The translations under genes and the position numbers were made by a program. The notes beneath the pieces were generated by a model. It saw only the letters and a program-made list of their open reading frames with translations, made no database searches and was not told the origin of the DNA. A stretch of 47,722 nt of DNA. Origin: Gemmatimonadota bacterium. GTDB lineage: Bacteria > Gemmatimonadota > Gemmatimonadetes > JACCXV01 > JAHWKZ01. Location of the stretch: assembly GCA_035249945.1 (NCBI GenBank), contig DATFFS010000253.1:1-47722 (forward strand), given 5' to 3'. The first letter of the stretch is position 1. Every line of letters begins with the position of its first letter. Below are positions 43,496 to 47,722 of this stretch, piece after piece.

Positions 43496-43599
43496 GACCC
43501 GGGACTCGAAACCGGGAAGTCAACAGGTCGTGGAAACGCTGTCCGGGGCTCGCGCGCACGGGGCTTGCCAGGCAGATACGAGGAACGAGGAGCGAGGCG

Positions 43600-43800
43600 A
43601 TGCAGCGCATCTCCGACGACGAGAGACGCACTAGATTCCCGGCAACCCCCCTGCGCCCGCAGGGTTGCGGCTCCGCGACGGCAGCTGCTGCGTTGGCCCT
43701 CCTCGACGATGCATCCGGCAAACCCGTCGTCGGACCGCCCTGCGGCTACCGCCGCGGAGTGGCAACGCGAGCTCCCCATGGTTTTTCAACGACCTGGTAA
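43600..43800 (+). CDS. Possible upstream ORF (66 codons) whose TAA overlaps the antiporter ATG (TAATG)
   Basis: The ATG is preceded by GAGGAGCGAGG. Third-position G+C is only about 70 percent by my count, against roughly 85-90 percent in a sample of a confident gene here, so coding status is doubtful. Confidence 0.2.
   Translation: MQRISDDERRTRFPATPLRPQGCGSATAAAALALLDDASGKPVVGPPCGYRRGVATRAPHGFSTTW
43752..43799 (+). repeat. Copy B of the 48-nt conserved leader element (39/48 identical to 16495-16542)
   Basis: ccgcggagtggcaacgcgagctccccatggtttttcaacgacctggta, abutting the ATG at 43800. Confidence 0.6.
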
Positions 43801-44999
43801 TGCACGGAACCGCTCTCGTCGACGTAGCGCACTTCTTCTACATCCTGATCGCGATCCTGGTCGCCGCGAAGCTGGCCGGCGAGCTGTTCGAGCGCATCGG
43901 CCAGCCGGCCGTGCTGGGCGAGCTCGTGGCCGGAGTGATCCTCGGTGGTTCGGTGCTGGGCGTGGTGCCCGTGGATCCCGGCGACCCGTACGGATCGATC
44001 GTGCACGTCCTGGCCGAGATCGGAGTCGCGATCCTGCTATTCGAGATCGGGCTGGAGACCGACCTCCGCGGCATGTTCCGGGTCGGATCGGCTGCCTTCA
44101 CGGTCGCTGTGGTGGGCGTCGTGCTGCCGTTCACCTTCGGCTACCTGTTCTGGATCCTGTACACGGACGGCGCGAGCCTGGTGGCGATCTTCGTCGGCGC
44201 CACACTGACCGCGACGTCGGTCGGAATCACCGCGCGGGTGCTTGCCGACATCGGCAAGATCCACACGGCGGAGGCTCGCATCATCATCGGCGCCGCGGTG
44301 ATCGACGACATCCTGGGGTTGCTCATCCTGGCCACCGTGGAGGGGCTGGCGGATACCGGCCAGGTCTCGATCGCGGGGGTCGTGCAGCTCTTCGGGCTGG
44401 CCCTCGGCTTCCTCGCGGCCGCGATGGCTGTGGGGCTCTTGACCGCGCGCTATCTCTTCGAGCTCGTGAACCGGATGCAGGTGCGGGGGATGCTGGTTTC
44501 GGCGGCGCTCGTGTTCGCCCTGCTGCTGGCCTATCTCGCGGACCGCGTGGGGCTGGCCCCGATCGTGGGCTCGTTCGCCGCCGGGCTCATCCTCTCGCGG
44601 ACGAATCAGTTCGACGCGATCGTCGATCGGATCAAGCCCGTTGCGGACGTTCTCACCCCCGTGTTCTTCGTATCGATCGGAGCGGCCGTCGACATCACGA
44701 TCCTGGATCCGCGGGATCCGGCGAACCATGAGATCCTCGTCATCGGCGGAGCCCTGTTCGCGATCGCGGTGCTGGGAAAGGTGGCCGCCGGCTTCGCGGT
44801 ATTCTGGCGGAAGCTCAACCGGCTCGCGGTCGGAATGGGGATGGTTCCGCGCGGCGAGGTGGGGCTCATCTTCGCGCAGATCGGCCTGCTGGGAGGGATT
44901 CTGTCGCAGGATGTATTCTCGGCTATCCTCATCATGGTCATGGGCACGACCCTGCTGACGCCACCGCTTCTCAAACCTCTATTCAAGCGGTCTGAATGA
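43800..44999 (+). CDS. Cation:proton antiporter (Na+/H+ exchanger, CPA family)
   Basis: About 12 predicted TM segments. N-terminal ILIAILVAAKLAGELFERIGQPAVLGELVAGVILG is typical of the Kef/NhaP-type Na_H_Exchanger domain. Confidence 0.9.
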   Translation: MHGTALVDVAHFFYILIAILVAAKLAGELFERIGQPAVLGELVAGVILGGSVLGVVPVDPGDPYGSIVHVLAEIGVAILLFEIGLETDLRGMFRVGSAAFTVAVVGVVLPFTFGYLFWILYTDGASLVAIFVGATLTATSVGITARVLADIGKIHTAEARIIIGAAVIDDILGLLILATVEGLADTGQVSIAGVVQLFGLALGFLAAAMAVGLLTARYLFELVNRMQVRGMLVSAALVFALLLAYLADRVGLAPIVGSFAAGLILSRTNQFDAIVDRIKPVADVLTPVFFVSIGAAVDITILDPRDPANHEILVIGGALFAIAVLGKVAAGFAVFWRKLNRLAVGMGMVPRGEVGLIFAQIGLLGGILSQDVFSAILIMVMGTTLLTPPLLKPLFKRSE

Positions 45000-45733
45000 G
45001 CGCCGAGAACAGGCCTCCTCTCTCGGTCGTGATCCCCGTCTACAACGAGGCGGGGACGATCGATACGATCCTCACCCGCGTCGCCGCCACCCCGCACGAA
45101 AAGGAGATCGTGGTAGTGGATGACGGGTCGACCGACGGCTCGCGGGAGTATCTGGAGTCCGTCGACCGGGGCGAGAAGAGCTTCCGCGATGCGGCCGGCC
45201 GGCCGGTGCGCGTGCGCGTTCTGTTCCAGCCGCAGAATCGCGGCAAGGGGGCAGCCCTCAGGCGCGGCTTCGAGGCCGCCAGCGGCAGCATACTCCTGGT
45301 GCAGGACGCGGACCTGGAGTACGACCCCGCCGACTACGACGTGCTGCTCCGGCCGATCCTCGACGGGCAGGCGGACGTCGTATACGGCTCGCGCTTCCTG
45401 GGGGGGCCGCAGCGGGTGCTCCTGTTTTGGCACTACCTCGGCAACCGCACGCTGACGCTGCTGTCGAACATGCTGACGAACCTGAACCTCACCGACATGG
45501 AAACCTGCTACAAGGTGTTTCGGCGGGAGGTCCTCGACGGCATCGGAACATTGCGGTCGGACCGCTTCGGATTCGAGCCCGAGTTCACCGCCAAGGTCGC
45601 GCGCCGCCGCTACCGCGTGTACGAGACCCCCATCGCGTACCACGGCCGCGACTACGCGGAGGGGAAGAAGATCACCTGGCGGGATGGCGTGGCAGCGCTG
45701 TGGCACATCGTGCGCTATCGCGTGGCCGACTGA
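44996..45733 (+). CDS. Family 2 glycosyltransferase (polyprenyl-phosphate sugar synthase-like)
   Basis: ATGA overlap start. VVIPVYNEAGTI, VVVDDGSTDGS, QDADLEYDP (DxD) and GSRF motifs. Confidence 0.9.
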   Translation: MSAENRPPLSVVIPVYNEAGTIDTILTRVAATPHEKEIVVVDDGSTDGSREYLESVDRGEKSFRDAAGRPVRVRVLFQPQNRGKGAALRRGFEAASGSILLVQDADLEYDPADYDVLLRPILDGQADVVYGSRFLGGPQRVLLFWHYLGNRTLTLLSNMLTNLNLTDMETCYKVFRREVLDGIGTLRSDRFGFEPEFTAKVARRRYRVYETPIAYHGRDYAEGKKITWRDGVAALWHIVRYRVAD

Positions 45734-46716
45734 TGCAGATCGAAGGCCTGCCCATCGCCCAGGAGCCTTCCGGGCCGCCCGACACCACGGCGGCGCTGGA
45801 TCGGGTGGGCGGCGCGGTCGAGCGCGTGACGGAGGTCCGATCCACCGAGGACTTCTGGCGTCTCGCGGGGGAGTTTCGCGAAGAGCTGATCCGATTCGCT
45901 TTCCAGGCCCTGATCGCCGTGGGCGTGCTGGCGGCGTTCCTGGTGGTCTACATCGTGGTGCGCGCCACCCTCAGGCCCGTGTTCGAGCGGTCGCGCCTCG
46001 AAGACGACGCGCGCAACCTGCTCGAGACCTTGGCGAAGTACACGATTCTCGGGTTCGGGGTGATCCTGGCGCTGGACCAGCTGGGATTCAACGTCACGAG
46101 CCTGATCGCGGGGCTGGGCGTCGCGGGCCTGGCGCTCGGGTTCGCGGCCAAGGACACGCTGGCCAACTTCATCGCCGGCGTGACGATCCTCTGGGACCGT
46201 CCGTTCCGCGTCGGCGACCGGGTCGACGCCGACGGGGAGCACGGCCAGGTCAAGAAGATCACGCTGCGCTCGACCCGTATACACACGCCCGACAACAAGG
46301 TCGTCATCATTCCCAACCAGAACATCGTGAATAGCAAGATCGTCAATCATACGATGCAGGCTTCCCTGCGGGCGGTGATCCCCTTCGGTATCGCCTACGA
46401 AGCCGACATCGCCGAGGCACGGGAAGTGGTGCTGGAGGTCGTGAAGGGAGACGATCGGATTCGCGAGCGGCCGCCTCCCGAAGTGGGGGTCGTTCGGCTG
46501 GCGGCCTCATCCGTCGATATGGAGCTCCGCTTGTGGGTGAAGAATCCGCACCACGCGGGGCCGATGCCGTCGGAGTACCTGGAGAAGATCAAGCTGGCGC
46601 TGGACGCGGCGGGGATCGCCATCCCGTACCCCCAGCTGTCGGTGCGCGTCGAGCAGCTGCCGGAGTCGCGTACGCCGCAGGCCAAACCCGGGGAGCCCGA
46701 AGAGGAGCCCTCGTGA
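45733..46716 (+). CDS. Mechanosensitive ion channel protein (MscS family)
   Basis: TGATG overlap start. TM helices followed by GLALGFAAKDTLANFIAGVTILWDRPFRVGDRV and the beta-domain ITLRSTRIHTPDNKVVIIPN. Confidence 0.9.
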   Translation: MQIEGLPIAQEPSGPPDTTAALDRVGGAVERVTEVRSTEDFWRLAGEFREELIRFAFQALIAVGVLAAFLVVYIVVRATLRPVFERSRLEDDARNLLETLAKYTILGFGVILALDQLGFNVTSLIAGLGVAGLALGFAAKDTLANFIAGVTILWDRPFRVGDRVDADGEHGQVKKITLRSTRIHTPDNKVVIIPNQNIVNSKIVNHTMQASLRAVIPFGIAYEADIAEAREVVLEVVKGDDRIRERPPPEVGVVRLAASSVDMELRLWVKNPHHAGPMPSEYLEKIKLALDAAGIAIPYPQLSVRVEQLPESRTPQAKPGEPEEEPS

Positions 46717-47537
46717 CGCTGCCGGGAGTTTCCACCGAGGCCTCCGGCGAGCGGTTCCGCGAGGACGGGCTCCCGCGCGTCGAGTCCGCCTTCGCCGCCG
46801 GCCTCGTCGCGGCGGTCACGACGAGCGAGCTCGATTTCGGCCGACATACCGAGTCGCGCGCGCGGGACGTGTCCGACGCGCACCGCGCCCTGCTCGAGTG
46901 GGCGGCGCCTGTGTTCGACCTGGTAGTCGGAGGCTCCCAGGTCCACGGAAGCCGTCTGTTCGATGCCGACGGCGTGCGCGTGCCCGAGGGCGGCGGCCGG
47001 CGGGCACCGGCGACCGTGCGGGTGGCGGGATACGACGGATTCCTCGCGTCCCGTCCCGGCGTGCTGCTGACGGTCGGGATCGCCGACTGCGTGCCGGCTT
47101 TCCTGGCCGCCCCGAATCGCCGAGCCGTGGCGCTGCTGCACGCCGGCTGGCGGGGCGTGGCCGGCGAGATCGTGCCGCAGGCGATTGCGGCCCTCGAGCG
47201 TGAGCTGGGCGCTGCGCTCGGGGAGATCCGGGCCTGGTGGGGCCCGGCGATCGGGCCGTGCTGCTATCCGGTCGGCCGAGAGGTGATCGAAGCGCTCGCG
47301 GGGACGGCGGCAGGTGAGCGCCGGGAGACCTGGCTGGAGGCGGAAGGCGGCGTGTCGCGCGTCGACCTCCGGGCCGCCCTGACCGTGCAGGCCGAGGCGG
47401 CCGGGCTGCGGCCGGACGCCATCTCCTCTTCTGCTTTGTGCACCTCCTGCGAGCCGCGGCTGCATTCGTACCGGCGCGCGCACGGCGGCGGGGGGAGGAT
47501 GGTGGCGCTGGCGGGCTACCCGAAGGATGGTCCCTGA
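46713..47537 (+). CDS. pgeF: Peptidoglycan editing factor PgeF (YfiH / DUF152 laccase-domain protein)
   Basis: GTGA overlap start. DCVP, LLHAGWRG, GPCCY and CTSCEPRLHSYRR motifs. Confidence 0.9.
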   Translation: MTLPGVSTEASGERFREDGLPRVESAFAAGLVAAVTTSELDFGRHTESRARDVSDAHRALLEWAAPVFDLVVGGSQVHGSRLFDADGVRVPEGGGRRAPATVRVAGYDGFLASRPGVLLTVGIADCVPAFLAAPNRRAVALLHAGWRGVAGEIVPQAIAALERELGAALGEIRAWWGPAIGPCCYPVGREVIEALAGTAAGERRETWLEAEGGVSRVDLRAALTVQAEAAGLRPDAISSSALCTSCEPRLHSYRRAHGGGGRMVALAGYPKDGP

Positions 47538-47582
47538 CCCGTGAGGTTTGCCGCCGGGCCGGATCGGGGTATATTCGATTGG

Positions 47583-47609
47583 AAGTGGGGCGCAATCCCC
47601 ACTTTTTTT
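47583..47609 (+). terminator. Rho-independent terminator closing the antiporter-GT2-MscS-pgeF operon
   Basis: Stem AAGTGGGG / CCCCACTT with loop cgcaat, running into a T7 tract. Confidence 0.8.
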
Positions 47610-47630
47610 CTTCCGCGGCCGTCGAGAGCC

Positions 47631-47722
47631 ATGCCTGACCCCAGCCGCCTGATCGCCGTCATCGAGCCGATCGTCGAGCAGGCGGGTGCCGAGCTGGTCG
47701 ACCTGGAGGTCGCCGGATCGCA
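47631..47722 (+). CDS. rimP: Ribosome maturation factor RimP, N-terminal fragment (cut by window edge)
   Basis: MPDPSRLIAVIEPIVEQAGAELVDLEV matches the usual RimP N-terminus. Only 30 codons are visible. Confidence 0.65.
   Translation, partial: MPDPSRLIAVIEPIVEQAGAELVDLEVAGS

Noticed and set aside
43496-43799. A known riboswitch (c-di-AMP ydaO type, Mn2+ yybP-ykoY type) upstream of the cation antiporter.
   Set aside because: I could not find the conserved cores I remember for these classes (for example GGGGACCCA or CAGCUAACCUCGUA for ydaO). I do not remember the Na+/Li+ riboswitch consensus well enough to test it by eye, so I report only an unclassified leader.

Overview
This is 47.7 kb of high-GC chromosome (about two-thirds G+C by eye) from a diderm bacterium. 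Almost all genes are on the + strand and tightly packed, and many neighbours share 4-nt start/stop overlaps (GTGA, ATGA, TGATG). The gene content (BamD, LptE, LolA, a short Wza-type exporter, a Wzi-like barrel, and DUF4254-, DUF4292- and DUF4296-like proteins) suggests an FCB-superphylum or Gemmatimonadota-like lineage; this is inference only. Order of content: ftsK 3' part; an SDR epimerase; a TviB/TviC-like UDP-GlcNAc dehydrogenase and epimerase pair; two adjacent radical SAM genes, the larger resembling the archaeal tetraether lipid synthase family; nfuA (minus strand); hldE-ugd-uxs-udk-gmd and a CpsB-type phosphatase; a divergent short OPX exporter and a Wzi-like barrel; a DUF4254-TPR-bamD-nadD string; secA; rho; radC; an orphan basic protein with its own terminator; relA/spoT; lolA; a secreted D/R/E heptad-repeat protein; uvrB; tsaE-tsaB-rimI; accD-folC-hisS; a YfcE-like phosphoesterase; guaA; a lipoprotein/TPR/LolB-like/lptE/HNH string; then a 300-nt leader in front of a cation:proton antiporter-GT2-MscS-pgeF operon that ends in a clear intrinsic terminator; and the rimP 5' end. 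I found no tRNA, rRNA, CRISPR array, transposase or integrase. The most interesting items are: (1) the Tes/GDGT-MAS-like radical SAM enzyme with a second radical SAM partner; (2) a 48-nt element present twice (39/48 identical), each copy directly upstream of an envelope or ion-homeostasis gene; (3) the secreted heptad-repeat protein; (4) the orphan basic-protein cassette; (5) leaderless-type promoter geometry at several operon heads. All family assignments come from my reading of the translations and have not been checked against any database.
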